Shown: piece by piece, positions 13,416 through 43,884 of the stretch
Layout of the letters: every line of letters begins with the position of its first letter
How positions within the stretch are numbered: the stretch's first letter is position 1
NCBI GenBank assembly: GCA_012295275.1
Contig: CM022678.1
Coordinates: forward strand, 17,236,001-17,300,000
DNA from: Chrysomallon squamiferum
Lineage: Eukaryota > Animalia > Mollusca
DNA length: 64,000 nucleotides
Direction of reading: 5' to 3'
Made by a program: the position numbers and the translations under genes
The notes under the pieces: generated by a model
The model's database searches: none
What the model saw: the letters and a program-made list of their open reading frames with translations, nothing else
Told to the model about the DNA's origin: nothing

Positions 13416-14210
13416 GTAAGTATTGAGTATACATACATACATACACACACACACATATATAGATACGGCATGTGCACACAAACATACATACATACAAAAT
13501 TCATCATACATAGATACATATATATATACATACACATACATATACAAAATATATATATACATATATAAACACATATATATATACATATATATATACATAT
13601 ATACATACATACATACATACATATACATACATATATACATACATACATACATACATACATAGATACACACATTCATACATACACACATATACATACATAA
13701 ACCACATACATACATACATATACGCATATAAAGAAAATAAACAAAGATTAAAAAAATAGAAAAAGGTTTCTTCTCACATTGTTGTTATTAGTGATTGGTT
13801 AGTTTGCATATTCATATTGCTTAACTGTTGTGATACCAAGATTGTAATAGGTTATCCATTTGGACTGGTTAATTAGTTTGATAGAATGTTTCTGATTGGT
13901 TAACTATTCTGATAGCTATTTTATGAATGGTTAGCTATTGTGATATATATTTTCACATCGGTTCAATATATACGTGTCATTGTAATACTAGATATTTTAA
14001 CTAAAATTATGTATATATACACATTTTGGTCTTTTTTCCCCTTCAGCAAATTTCTCCTTTGACGTCGACTGGCTGACAATTATGTATGGAGTGATAATTC
14101 TGTCGATTCTGTTGTCGATTTCTTTAGCTGTGTGGTTTATCTTCAGGTATTATTTTATTTTATTTTATGTTATTTTATTTTATTTATTTTTTTTTATTTT
14201 ATTTTTATTT

Positions 14211-14304
<94 letters not shown>

Positions 14305-14414
14305 GTCTATATTTTCAGGACAGTAATAATAACAACAATAGCAACAATGACATTTAGTTATCATTGTAAACTGTAATGGTTCTCTCTAAGAATACTGAAT
14401 ATTCTACAGAGTGG

Positions 14415-14456
<42 letters not shown>

Positions 14457-14956
14457 ATAATAATAATAATAATAATAATAACGACGACGATGAATATAAT
14501 ATTAAAAATTTCATTAGTGCAATAATGACAATAATACAATAACATTAATAACAACTGTGATTACAAATTAATATTTTGATTTCTGCATCTAGAAAAATGA
14601 AGAAAAGATCTAAAAAGAAACAACAACGTGCACGACGACGTAACAGAAGATTGATTCGATCACGTGATAACCAGATGGAACACGTGGAAATGCAACCAGG
14701 TTTTTTAATTTAATTAATTACGACTTAATGACACATACACACACAAAGAAGTAGAAAGAAACACAGACCAAGAGATAACAGCAGCAACAGCAAGCAATAC
14801 CACCACCACCACCATTAACCAACAATAAGTAGCAGCAACAGCAACCACCACCATTAAACAGCAGCCACCACCACCACCATTAACCAACACAATAAACAGC
14901 AAACAACCACCACCACCATTAAACAACAATAAGTAGAAACAACATCATCAACTACA

Positions 14957-15017
<61 letters not shown>

Positions 15018-16503
15018 TAACAATAACAACAATAATGGCACTAGCAGTAGAAGTAGTCGTTTTTTTTTTATGAATATGATGATGATATTCAACATTTGAA
15101 ATAATGCGAAGAATTTTACCATTTTTATGCTAATGTTGTGACGTATATGTTAGTAGTTACAAAACACTTAATATTAACAGTTAATATTAAACTATGACAA
15201 GGTGTTGTGAAAGAAATATTGATTGAATGATTGACTGAGCGATTCGCTTATTTACTGATGTATGTTTTATTAGATCCTACGGATAGACTCCGTTGGCATA
15301 ACAACCCACCTTCTGTCTCCGATGATGAAAACTCTAGTCATCATTACGAATACATAGATGACTCCATGATATTAAGTCTTACAAATAGCTCTGGAATGTC
15401 TTCAAACGTGCCTCAGGACGAGACTGAAGAATGCGACATCGAAAATGAGACTCTCTGTGAAATACCCTGTTACCAAGATCTAACATCTAACGATGCAATC
15501 AACGCGAACGATGTCGTGCCGCTTCTAAAGTTCGAGCAAGATGAAAGTGTTGATATTAAACATTTTCACATATATGTGTACAATATGCGTCTTATAAAAG
15601 GCTTCCATCTTGAATTTCAGGTAATGACTTGCTTTTGTTTTCTTCGTTTTTATTTACTTTTAAATATTTGTTATTGTTGTCATTGTTGTTGTTGTTGTTG
15701 TTGTTATTATTATTATTATTATTTTTATTTTTATTTATTGATTGATTAATTACTGATGGTTATCAATATTACAATTACTTGGTAATATTATTCCTTAAAA
15801 CCAATCAGTTTTCTTTTTTACTAAGTAATTGATATATTTATTTATTTATTATGTTTTAAACATTTTTATCTATAATTTATCAATGGACTTACCGAATTGA
15901 ATTTATATATGCTCAAGCATAATCACATACACTCAAAACTCATGTGTACATACAGTACAAAGAAAAAATAGATTACGGATCCTTTTTCAGTTTTTACAGA
16001 AAATCAATTTATATTCTACCAACGTTGCAGACAAGTTAGAAAATGTTCATAAAAATAGATACAGGAATATAAAACCATGTAAGTATAAATGTGAAATATT
16101 ATGTCGTAATATTTTTTGTATCTCTTGTTCTTGGTTTTCTTTTTGTGTTTTTTGCTGTTGTTGCTTAAAACCCGAAAACTGTTTTTCGACTATCTGAAAG
16201 AGTGATATACGCAAAATTATTTAAAATATTACATAAAATTGTCTGCTACTACTACAGCTACTTCTTCTACTATTGTTATTATTATTACTAATCATATATA
16301 TCCTGCTTATTATTACCGAAGATAAAAATTCTGTTATTTTTTTACTGTTTCTGATAACTGACTACAAGAAATTAAAGTGAAATTTGCTTTCATCGGAATG
16401 TACTTATGTATTAATTTATTGTTTAGGCTAGATTTCTCACTATCATCTATAAGAATATATATATATATAAATATGTCTGTGTGTGGGTGTGTTACATTTA
16501 ATC

Positions 16504-17390
16504 TGTATAATCAGCCAATATGTATATTACCTGATTTTTTCCAACTAATATGTGAAAGATTCAGGTCATATACATATCACCTGAAATATATTTAACTAAT
16601 TCTTACAAATTACCTAAAACGTGCAGAATGGTGTTGCGAAGGTTTTTTTTTTTGTGGGGGGGGGTTGACCATGGAGAACATATATTGGTACATAAAGCAT
16701 TGTCCGTCTCTAATAAAAGCTTGTATATACAGAGATGTATTCACAAAGATGTAATTGCAAAGTTGCAAAGTGAAGACGACCTCCTGTCTGCAGTATCCCA
16801 TCCAAACCCAGTCGAGGAATCCAGCGAGGAGACAGAACCTATAACAGTCTCAGCGATCTCTTTACGTCAGTAGTAAATTAGACTGCAGAGATAGAAAGTG
16901 CCAGAGATGTTCCATCATGCAGAGAGAATGGTCCACAGAAGTCGCATTGAGTTTTCTAGTATGCACATCGGAAGCAATATCACAGCGTCTATTCCGTCAG
17001 TTGAGAGAGAACGTGCAGATCCTAGGAACATCATCGGAGTTGTGACAGAATGCAGTGACAACGAGTTGTACGCAATTGCTCTAAAAGGAACAATACTGGA
17101 TCGAAAGTACTCTAGAACCAACTTGATGTTTGTTTTACGATCTTGATTTCACGCGATGATGTCTGTAGAGATAAGAAGATTTCCCTGCGTCAAGCTGTGC
17201 AACTGGAGTCAACGTTTCACAAGATGTAACTGTGCTGGAAGTGAGAGGTGTCAGACAAACCGATGTAAATCCTATTGTTTATGGTTATTATTTCAGTCAA
17301 ACAACCTTGTCAATATGATTCTGCATGTTTCAGGTAATCTGTATAAATTAGTGAAGTATATTTCAGGCAATATGTATATTAGCTGTTACA
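16504..17390 (+). mobile_element. Internally deleted Ginger/KRBA2-like DNA transposon relic in intron 7 of A
   Basis: TGT...ACA ends, a ~60 bp subterminal inverted repeat (16568-16629 versus 17317-17379), and the frameshifted peptides RADPRNIIGVV...LYAIALKGTILDRKYSR and FTRCNC...CQTNRCK typical of the C-terminus of KRBA2/SCAND3-like integrase-type transposases. Not present in B. Confidence 0.65.
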
Positions 17391-18389
17391 GAGCAATATG
17401 TGTTTTGCCACTTCCGGTAGTAAGCTCTAGTTAGTCATAAAGATGCAAGTAAATAGAATATCGTCTGCTTCTTAGTTTTTAATTTCCTCACAGTTTTAAA
17501 TAGTTTTATAAAAGTTTATTAAAATTATGTCCAAAAAATTTATCTTATTTTTATTATTTATTATTTTTTTACTTTTGTTCTTTTTAGAAATGAGACTAGT
17601 AGTGATAATATCATGTATCAAATGAAACTTTCGTTACTCAGTGAATGTTTGTTTCGCCCCTTCCGGAAGTAAGCTGTAATTAGTCATGAAGGTTTTGTTT
17701 TTCTTTCTTAATTGAAGGTTTTATTAAGGTTTATGCAAATTATATCCTAAGATTTATGCCTTGAAGATTATTAAGATTATTATTATTATTATATATTTTT
17801 TTTTTTTTTCAAAACTCTTCGAAAAGATGATTATAACAGAGTGACGCTTGAGTTAATTCCTGGAATTCCAGCCTCAGATTACATCAACGCAAGTTTTATT
17901 GACGTAAGCCTATTTATTTATTTTAGTTTTTATTTTTATTTTTTTTTTTTTTATATTTATTTTATTTTATTTTATTTTAATTCATTTTATTTCATTTTGT
18001 TTTGTTTTATTCGGTTTATTTTTATGATTTATTTATTTATTTATTTTATTTATTTATTTATTTATTTATTTATATATTTATTTAATTTCTTTGTTTTTTT
18101 GTTTATCTCTCTATATATATATATATACACACACATACACACACACACAGATAAACACAACATTTACTTCCAATTATGTTTATTTATTTAGTTACATATT
18201 TATAGATATATCTATATTTTAGATTCATTAATCATCTTAATTTCAATTCAGGGCTATCACAAATCAAAGTGGTACATTGCAGCACAAGGTCCTACAGAAA
18301 AGACAGCAGCTGATTTCTGGAGAATGGTTTGGGAGGTCAACTCTACTCATATCATAATGCTCACAGATTTAGATGAAAACAACCAGGTT

Positions 18390-18548
<159 letters not shown>

Positions 18549-19057
18549 TTGTATATAGATAGAGAGATAAAAAGATTTTAAACATAAATAAACAAATTAA
18601 AAGCATATATCTTGTATAACTCTTTAAGATCAAGAGGGGAAGAATTCTGTTTAGTAATATCTCTTACAGTCAAAATGTTCACTTTACTGGCCTGACTTGG
18701 AAACTAAAAGTAAGAAATATGAAGATATGATGATCAAACTGAAACAAGTTGAAGTTCATACTACACATACTTCCTGGATTTTTTATCTTTTCAAGGTTTG
18801 TTAATAATTACTTATTAACCAATCAGAAAATGTGTTAGATTCTAATGTCTATTTGTGGTACTGTAAATACATAGATACACACATACAGACCTACATATCA
18901 ACCTACCTATATACATACATTCTTTCATACATACATACATCACTCTCTCTTATAGATACATGTATACATATATACATACACACATACGCATATATTTATT
19001 TATTTCACTTATTTATTTATTGTTTATAATTCATAATTCATTCATTAATTATTTATT

Positions 19058-19102
<45 letters not shown>

Positions 19103-20999
19103 TGAATTAAGACAAATAACCCAGAGTTGACAAGAACTGTGACACAACTACACTACGTCGACTGGATGGACAAACAAGAGCCAAACAATGCACGTGCATT
19201 GTTTGATTTTATCCTGTATGTGAGGGGGCTCAGAGACAGGGGGGATGATCATCCATTAATAGTTCACTGCAGGTATAGTTCTATACTGTTTCAATTCATT
19301 TTGTTTTCTTATGAACAAATGTAATTAAATAATAAACAAATTAGATAAATAAAATAAATGAAGAAGAAAAGAAAGAAAGCAATAGCTAAATAGATAAAAT
19401 TATTAATGAAAGAATGAATTATTAAAACAATAAATAAATAACTAACAAACAAAGGAACAAATAAAAGAAAAGAAAAATAATAAGATAAATAATATTAATT
19501 TGCAAAATTCCATTTCTCCTTACACTATGAATTGATGTTTTGGTTTGAGTGTAAAATGAACAAACTGCTAGAGAACTTGTCTGTTATGACATTTCTTTAG
19601 ATTTGTTATATTACATTAATTATAAGTCTGGATATCTTTGTTTACTTTTGAAAAAAAAAAAATAAAAACTATTAATTTTTATGTGTAGTTAATTTTTCAT
19701 AATAATATGCTAAATAATAGTTGCTATATTTGTCTTTTTTACTTATTATTATTATTATTTTATTTTAATGGGTTTTTAAATTAGAAAATACTAAATGATA
19801 ATCGATATTTTAAGTTCTTTTTCTGAATCAGGCAACTCTATGTTAATTTTTTAATTAATACAAAAATGAGAATGATATAGAATTTCTTCTCCTCTTATTC
19901 TTGTACTTTTTCATATTGCGTTTTACCCAATTAAAATAAAGTTCTGCTGTAAAATTATTAAAATTATTTTCATTCCAGTGATGGTGTTGGAAGGACAGGT
20001 ACTTTCATAGCTATAGATTATCTTCTTGACCAGGCACTGACCGAAGGAAGACTTAACGTGCTTGGTTGTGTGTCACGTTTAAGAAAACAACGAACTCAAA
20101 TGGTGCAAACTTTTGTGAGTATTTTGGATTATCTGCTCTTTAGAAACACTTTTTTTTTAAAATCCTATCACAGTAACAGAAATAGCGAAATATATTGCAG
20201 ATATAACTGTAATTAAAATCTTTATTTATATACAATCATCATTAGGTTGTTGTTGTTGTTGTTATTATTTTCTTTATGTTTTTGACGAGGGTTTGTTTCT
20301 TTTTAAGATTTATTTTTCATTACAGATCCAGTACAATTTTATTCATCAACTTCTGCTAGAATGGGTTTTATCATTCAACGTCATTTCAGAGTCAGTGATG
20401 TAAGAGAAACTGACAGCAAACAGAAAATAAAAAATATAAAATGAACAAATACAAAATTAATTGATAGTCTGAATTCTTCTTCTTTTTAAGAAGCTGAATA
20501 TTTTCCTAATCCAAATGTCAGGAAATACAAAGGAGAAAGTATCTTCATTGGAAAGAAACAGAAATTAATAGAAGTACATTGCATGTATTTGAACACAGAA
20601 AGAAAGGAAACAATTTTTTGCTAAATGTCTGAATTTAGTGATATTTGAAACTCTTTTGATGAGAAATAGAAAAGAAAGGCCATTGTTAACTGAGAGAAGT
20701 TTTAAAACATTTTAGTGACACATATTTTTAACTTATCAATTTTAATATCAGTTGAAGTATATGAAGTTGGATAAAATGTTAAAAATATACTTAGAAGTGT
20801 TGTATTTCTAGACAGGAATGAAAAAGAAGGACAAATTATTTTCCTGCTTGACATAGTGCAAAACGGAGAAGAGATCGCAAAAAGCTGAATATCTGGCGTG
20901 TCTAATAATATCTGAAACAAGACTACTACTGTTCGTTGTATGCTGTATAATTATAAACAAGATTTTCATATAGTAATACTCTAGTTAGAAATATATTTC

Positions 21000-21490
21000 A
21001 GTTAGTTTCATCATACTGTACAGATTTTCACATTTTGTTAGTTTCATCACAAGGAAGAATCGTTTCGTTATTTTTGTTAGATTTATCACAGTGAAGAGAT
21101 GTTTTATTATTGTTGTTTGCTTGATCACAATTTAGGATTACCTCCTTATTTATCTTAGTTTAATCAGAATTCAGAATTGTTTCAATATTGTTGTTAGTTT
21201 CATCACAATGTAGATTTGTTTCATTATGTTTTTTAGTTTCATGACAAGATAGATCTGTTTCATTATTTTTGTTAGTTTCATAACAAGATAGATTTGTTTC
21301 CTTATTTTTGTAAGTTTCATGACAAAAGATTTGTTTCATTATTTTTGTTCGTTTTATCATGCAGAGTTATTTTATTATTGTTATTACTTTTATCACAATG
21401 TACTGTTGTTTCATTAGATTCCTTTGTTTCATCTCCATGCAGATTTATTTCATAATTCTAGTTAGTTTCATCATAATGTAGAGTTGTTCC
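21000..21490. repeat. Same ~39-bp minisatellite, 3' of copy A
   Basis: Colinear with 5700-6200. Confidence 0.85.
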
Positions 21491-22001
21491 ACTTTTATTT
21501 GTAAATATCTGCAACTGATAATACGAGACATTTAAATGTTGTAAGAAGCAGAAGTGAATTAATGTTTATATTAAGGTCATACGGAAGTTACGAAAGGAAA
21601 ATATTTACATTTTGTTTTAACAATGAATAATATTTGTAACTATAGGTAATACTGAGTTTATGTGCCTGGGCGTGCTCCTGCTTCATGTATTGTTTTAAGA
21701 CATTTCAAAACAGTTTTTATTTTCTTCTCTTTTATACTAGTAATACTAATAACAGTTTGAGTTGTGTGGTTGGGATACTGAAAACAATAATAATAACATT
21801 AACAACAGCTGTTATAATAAAAGCTTTAAAATCAAATAAGTCTCCTTATCATATTCTTCCTTTTTCATAGACTGTAGTCTGTCATATAGAGATGTATGCA
21901 AGTGTAAGTTTAGCTCTCTCTCGTTATCTCAGTCTGTCTCTCTTCCTCTCTCTGTCTTTGTCTGTGTATGTGTTTGTTCATGTGTATATATGTTTTATGT
22001 A

Positions 22002-22065
<64 letters not shown>

Positions 22066-23025
22066 TATGTTTTCATATGTTTGTGTGTGTGTATGCATGC
22101 AGAATGTTTAGCATTGCATCAGCAGAGAAGAGTGCAGTGGAATTACTTCCTTACTGAGAGGATAACAAAGAAAATTAATACGGTAAGAACACATGATCCC
22201 CAGACATTGTACTTAGCAAAAAATCTTAAAATACAGAGAAATAGATACATGTTTTACTTTACTTTAATTTCATGTCTTTAATTTAATTTGTATTTATTTC
22301 ATTTGCATTTATTTCTTTTTCTTTTAAATCCGGTAGTTAATTTCAGTTCGTTTGATTTGATTTATAACTGTTAATTTATTTTATATTGGTTAATTAAATT
22401 AAATTTATTAAATGTAATGAATTATTCTGATTTCTAAGTATACTTGTAAAAATTATTCATTTAAAGAAACTAACAGTTAATAAAATAAATTAGATTAAAT
22501 AATAATATACTTGTCTGAAGTGATAATATGAGTCGCATGAGTATTGTTTGTCCTCTCCACCCAACAATGCCGGACACACAGCGATAGGTAGGCGAACATT
22601 TTCAACTTGGTTAGTCGGTGTCCTCCCACCTAGCGAAAAACCTAAACAAATCAGTCTATTACAACAACACTGGGTTTTGGTTAGGTGGGAGTTGGGTGGT
22701 GTGGGATTATCATTGGCCAGTCTCATATGTACACACTCATCAACATCACTATCAGAGTACTGCTATCTACTGAGCTATATTCACACAATATAAAAACGGA
22801 CCATACAACTTATTTATATCAAAACATTTGTAAATAAATTAGAAATATCTAAAAAAAAAAAGAAATAGGAAAAACAAAAGAAAGGAAATATGAAATATTT
22901 AGTTGTTTCTTATGAATGTTGCTGCTTTGCTGGAGATATTAACATAGTTATAGCTGTCAGTTATTGCTAGAACAAATTCTGTCTACGGCTGTTTAAATAG
23001 TTTACGGTTTTCATTCACGCGGGCG

Positions 23026-23062
<37 letters not shown>

Positions 23063-23284
23063 AAACAAATAATACCACAAATAAACAAATAAAAGTAAGG
23101 AAATGTAGATGAATACACGTTGTTTTCTTCTAAAATACAATTTCCTTCATGTGTGTTTGTGTGTGTGCGTAAATGTATGCATGTATATATGATTGCATAT
23201 TTCAGTGAATGTATGTATGTATGTGTTTGTGTATACATACAAACGTACCTAGATATATACATATGTATGTATGTATGAGCGTGC

Positions 23285-23343
<59 letters not shown>

Positions 23344-23431
23344 CATACACACACCCACGCACACATAGGCGTATATATGTAATCATGTATGAATCAGTGT
23401 ATGTACTTTCTACGTACGAACAAAGGAAATA

Positions 23432-24171
23432 CAGTCGTACCTCGACTTACGAGGGCCCCAACTTACGCGTTTCCCGATATAGGAGCTGTTGGTTGGTCGA
23501 TTTCTTTCTTTGAGTTGGAAGCCAAAATTCGATTTACGAACAAGCTTTAGAAACGCCGCCGTTAGTTGGCATAACGAACAACACAACATCCGGCCAGCAT
23601 CCCGTGTCTCACTCGTTTACGTCACGTGGTTACCTGACCGTGGAAGCATCTCTGTTGCGCTGTGTTCGCGTTTTGTAAAGTATTTTGCTAAATTTCTGTT
23701 TCCTGACCATGGATCGTAAGAAAGTGAGTGCAAAGGACAGTGCTGAGAAGAAGAAGCGGATGATGTCCATTGAATTAAAGCATGAAATCATAGAGAAATA
23801 TGAGCGAGGTGTGCATGTAGTCGATTTCGACAGGCAGTAGTAACGTAGTACCATACTAAAGCAGAAGGAGTCGATAAAGACTGTAAGTCCAGCCAAATCT
23901 GTTAAAATAATTTGACTGATGTCTAAGGTAAATACACTTTACAAAAACGAATTGATTTATTTACATTCTCTTTTATTTTATGCAATATTTGTCATTTAAA
24001 TATACATGAATTAAAAACAGTTACGAAAATATTGGGATGGTTTTGTGGGGCTGGAACGGATTAAAGGTATTTTAATTAAATTCAGTTGGGAAAATGTATT
24101 AGATATACAAGCAAACTGAGTTACGAGCTCGGTCACGGAATGAATTAAACTCGTAAGTCAACGTACCACTG
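23432..24171 (+). mobile_element. Non-autonomous Tigger/pogo-like (Tc1-mariner superfamily) DNA transposon
   Basis: Imperfect TIRs CAGTCGTACCTCGACTTACGAG ... CTCGTAAGTCAACGTACCACTG and TA duplication on both sides. The empty site AAAGGAAA-TA-TTTCC is at ~8204-8218. The internal relic MDRKKVSAKDSAEKKKRMMSIELKHEIIEKYERG (from 23709) resembles a Tigger/CENP-B N-terminal HTH. Confidence 0.85.
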
Positions 24172-24275
24172 TATTTCCAGTGGCTAGGACATCTATTCTA
24201 AATATAGTCAAGCGTCAGTGTAAAATATGAGTAACATGTCTATTTTTGGAACTTACCTATTCCCGTGACCTACCA

Positions 24276-24289
24276 GGAAACAGAAACTG
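24276..24289 (+). promoter_or_regulatory. ISRE-like element, copy B promoter
   Basis: GGAAACAGAAACTG. Confidence 0.55.
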
Positions 24290-24510
24290 CAGATAGGCTA
24301 TGAACGACACGACATTCTAGAGTTTTAGTGTGAAAATATCAGTATTTTGGGTTTTTTTTCTTCTTTTTTCTTCGTCTAAAGTATTTTACATGTTAAGATA
24401 GTGTGTTACGTGAAAAAGAACAGATACTGGAAACTCGAATAACTTTCTCGCTAACGAATTTACAAGAACATTGAGATACCCGATTCGTAATGACGGAAGT
24501 TGAATTAAAA

Positions 24511-35449
<10,939 letters not shown>

Positions 35450-36488
35450 CAGAAACTGATAGCAATCCAGGAAGAGATAATTAAAAAAAACAAGAAATAA
35501 AAAATAAATTTTCAGTCTCAACTTGTGTTCTTTTTGCGGAGCTGAATATTTCCGTAATCCAGATGTCAGGAATTATAAAGGAGAAAGTATCTTCACTGGA
35601 AAGATACAGAAAGTAGAAAAAGTACATTTCTTGTATTGGAATACATAAAGAAAACTAATTTGTTGCTGAATTTTTGAATTCAGAGATATTTGAAACTGTT
35701 GTGATGAGAATGAAAAATGCAAGGCGATTGTTAAGTGAGAGAAATTTCTTTTAGAAGACATTTCTTTAATTGAGATGTTTAAAGTGACTAATGTAAATAA
35801 ACTAAAAAATAAACTAGGTCGGCCATTTCCATATTTGAAAAAAGGAGAAAGTCTAAAACATTTATGTGACACATATTTTTAGCCTAAATAAAACTTGTTT
35901 TAATAATCAATTGTATAAAATGTACAAAAGATACTTAGAACTGAGAGAAATTTTTGACCATAAGAAAGAAGACATTTCTTTGATTAAGGTGGCAGCTTCT
36001 GTAATAGATAAAGTGACGAATGTAAACAAACTGAAAACTAATCTTCATGTTACTCTCAGCTGCAGTGGAATCGTGGGTAACATCTAGGATGGTCATTTCC
36101 ATATTTGAAAAGAAGGAATTTTAGAAACACTTTATGACATTTATATTAAGTCTAAATGAAATATGTTTAGTGATGAGTGAAATGTAGAAAGTGTATGTAA
36201 GAATTTATGTATACAGGAAGGCCATTTGGAAAGTGAGTAAGAAAAATATTTAAATTGTCTTTTTGCAGTGAATGCTATTTGTAACTATATTTAATTTTGA
36301 ATTTATATTTCAGGGCATTTTCCTGACTCTGTCTTTTTGTGTGTCTTTTTTTTTTTTTATAGAGATAAATATATTATTTAGTATCTTCTTTGTAAAGTAT
36401 TTATCTGCTATTTGAAAATCTGATTTTAAAATCATGTACTGTTATAAAACATTTAAGAAATTGGGTTAGTTACTACTACTACTACTAG

Positions 36489-36521
<33 letters not shown>

Positions 36522-37906
36522 AAATAATAAAATAAGAAGAACAATTTGATAAGTGTGGTAGGAAAACTAAAAGCAATAATAATAACATTAACAACAATTG
36601 TTATAATAAAAATTATAAAATCAAATAAGTCTTCTTATTATTTTCTTTCTTTTTCATAGACAGGAGTCTGTCATATAGAGATGTAAGTAAAAGTAAGTTT
36701 ATCTCTCTCAGACACTGTGCTGGTCAAAATATCTTAATATACAGAGAAATATATTCATGTTTTACTTTAGTTTCATTTATTTAATTTAACTTATATTTAT
36801 TTCATTTCCATTTATTTATTTTAATTTTAATTGAGTTATTTGATTTCAGTTCACTTGATTTCATTTATTAATGTTATTTTATTTTATATTGCTTAATTAA
36901 ATTAAATTTGTTAAATTTAATGAATTATTCTGATTTCTAAATACACCTGTACAAATTATTAATTTAAAATAACGCAAAAATATTTAATAAATGAAACAGA
37001 AAAAAAAAATATTTATAACATTGCAAAATAACTTAAATGAAATTTGTACATTTCTATTATATATAAATATAACTGAATAGTTTTCCAGTTCACTAGCACA
37101 GAGAAAAATCCGGATTTTTAGTGTAAAAATATTGATTATTAAAATGAATTAGATTAAGGAATGATATACTTGTATTAGATGAAAAAGAGGTTATATGGGT
37201 CTCATAAGTAAAGTTTGTCCTCTCCATCCAACAATACCGGATACATAGAGTTAGGTAGGCGAACCTTTTCAACTCGGTTAGTCGGTTGCCTTATTTACGG
37301 TTATGTTCACGGACACTGGTTTAAACACTCACACTTATGTTGATTGTTTGAGCTATTACAGATAGAGATACCGGTAACATTTAAAACGGTGTGTTAAACT
37401 TCTTTTCATACATCAAAGTAATATTCTTTTCACTGAATCACTTTTGTAAATGAATATAAAAGAGTAAAATGAAGAAAAGAAAATGCAAAATTAAAATATT
37501 TAATATTTTGTTGTCTTAAGAGTTTTTCTGCATTGCTGTATGCCCGTAGGCCTATGTATGTATGTATGTATGTATGTGTATGTATGTGTGTGTATGTATG
37601 TATATATGCATGTATATATATATATATGTGTGTGTGTGTTCCTGCTTTGCTGTGTACGTGTAGGCCTATATATATATATATATATGAATATGTGTATATA
37701 TGTGTGTGTATGCATGTCTGTCTGTATGTATGTATGCATAAATGTATGTCTGTATGTATGTATAAATCAGTGCGTATACATGCGTAGGTACGTGTAAATG
37801 AAGTTTTTCCAGCGTAGTACGCCTCTATTATAAATATAGACACGCGTCACTGTAAAATACGAAACAATATTTATTTTTAAATATGACGTGTCACCATGAC
37901 CTACCA

Positions 37907-37971
37907 GGAAACCGAAACTGCAACTAGGACCGAAGCGATCATAAACGATAGGACATTCTAAATTCTTGGAA
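37907..37971 (+). promoter_or_regulatory. ISRE plus GAS-like site, copy C promoter
   Basis: GGAAACCGAAACTG at 37907-37920 and TTCTTGGAA at 37963-37971; TATTATAAATA lies ~80 bp further upstream. Confidence 0.55.
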
Positions 37972-38127
37972 AATATAAGTATTTTTTGTTTCTTTCTTTT
38001 TCGTCTGAAGTAAGATAGTGTCTTACGCATAGATGAACAGATACTGGAAACTCGAATAACTTTCTCGCTCACGAATTTACAAGAACATTGAGATATCCGA
38101 TTCGTAATCACGGAAGTTGAAATAAAA

Positions 38128-43831
<5,704 letters not shown>

Positions 43832-43884
43832 ATGACTGCATGATATTAAGTCATAAAAGACGAGGCTGATGAATGAAAATTCTG

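Noticed and set aside
19260-20010. HCSDG read as a myotubularin (HCSDGWDR) or as a true IA-2 ortholog
   Set aside because: The remaining motifs are classical PTP (KNRY, DYINAS, QGP, GVGRTG), paralog B has HCSAG, and the ectodomain is unlike IA-2. An independent substitution is more likely.
20404-20900. A second (D2) PTP domain downstream of the last exon
   Set aside because: There is an in-frame stop after the Q-loop exon in A, B and D, and no PTP motifs appear in the following sequence.
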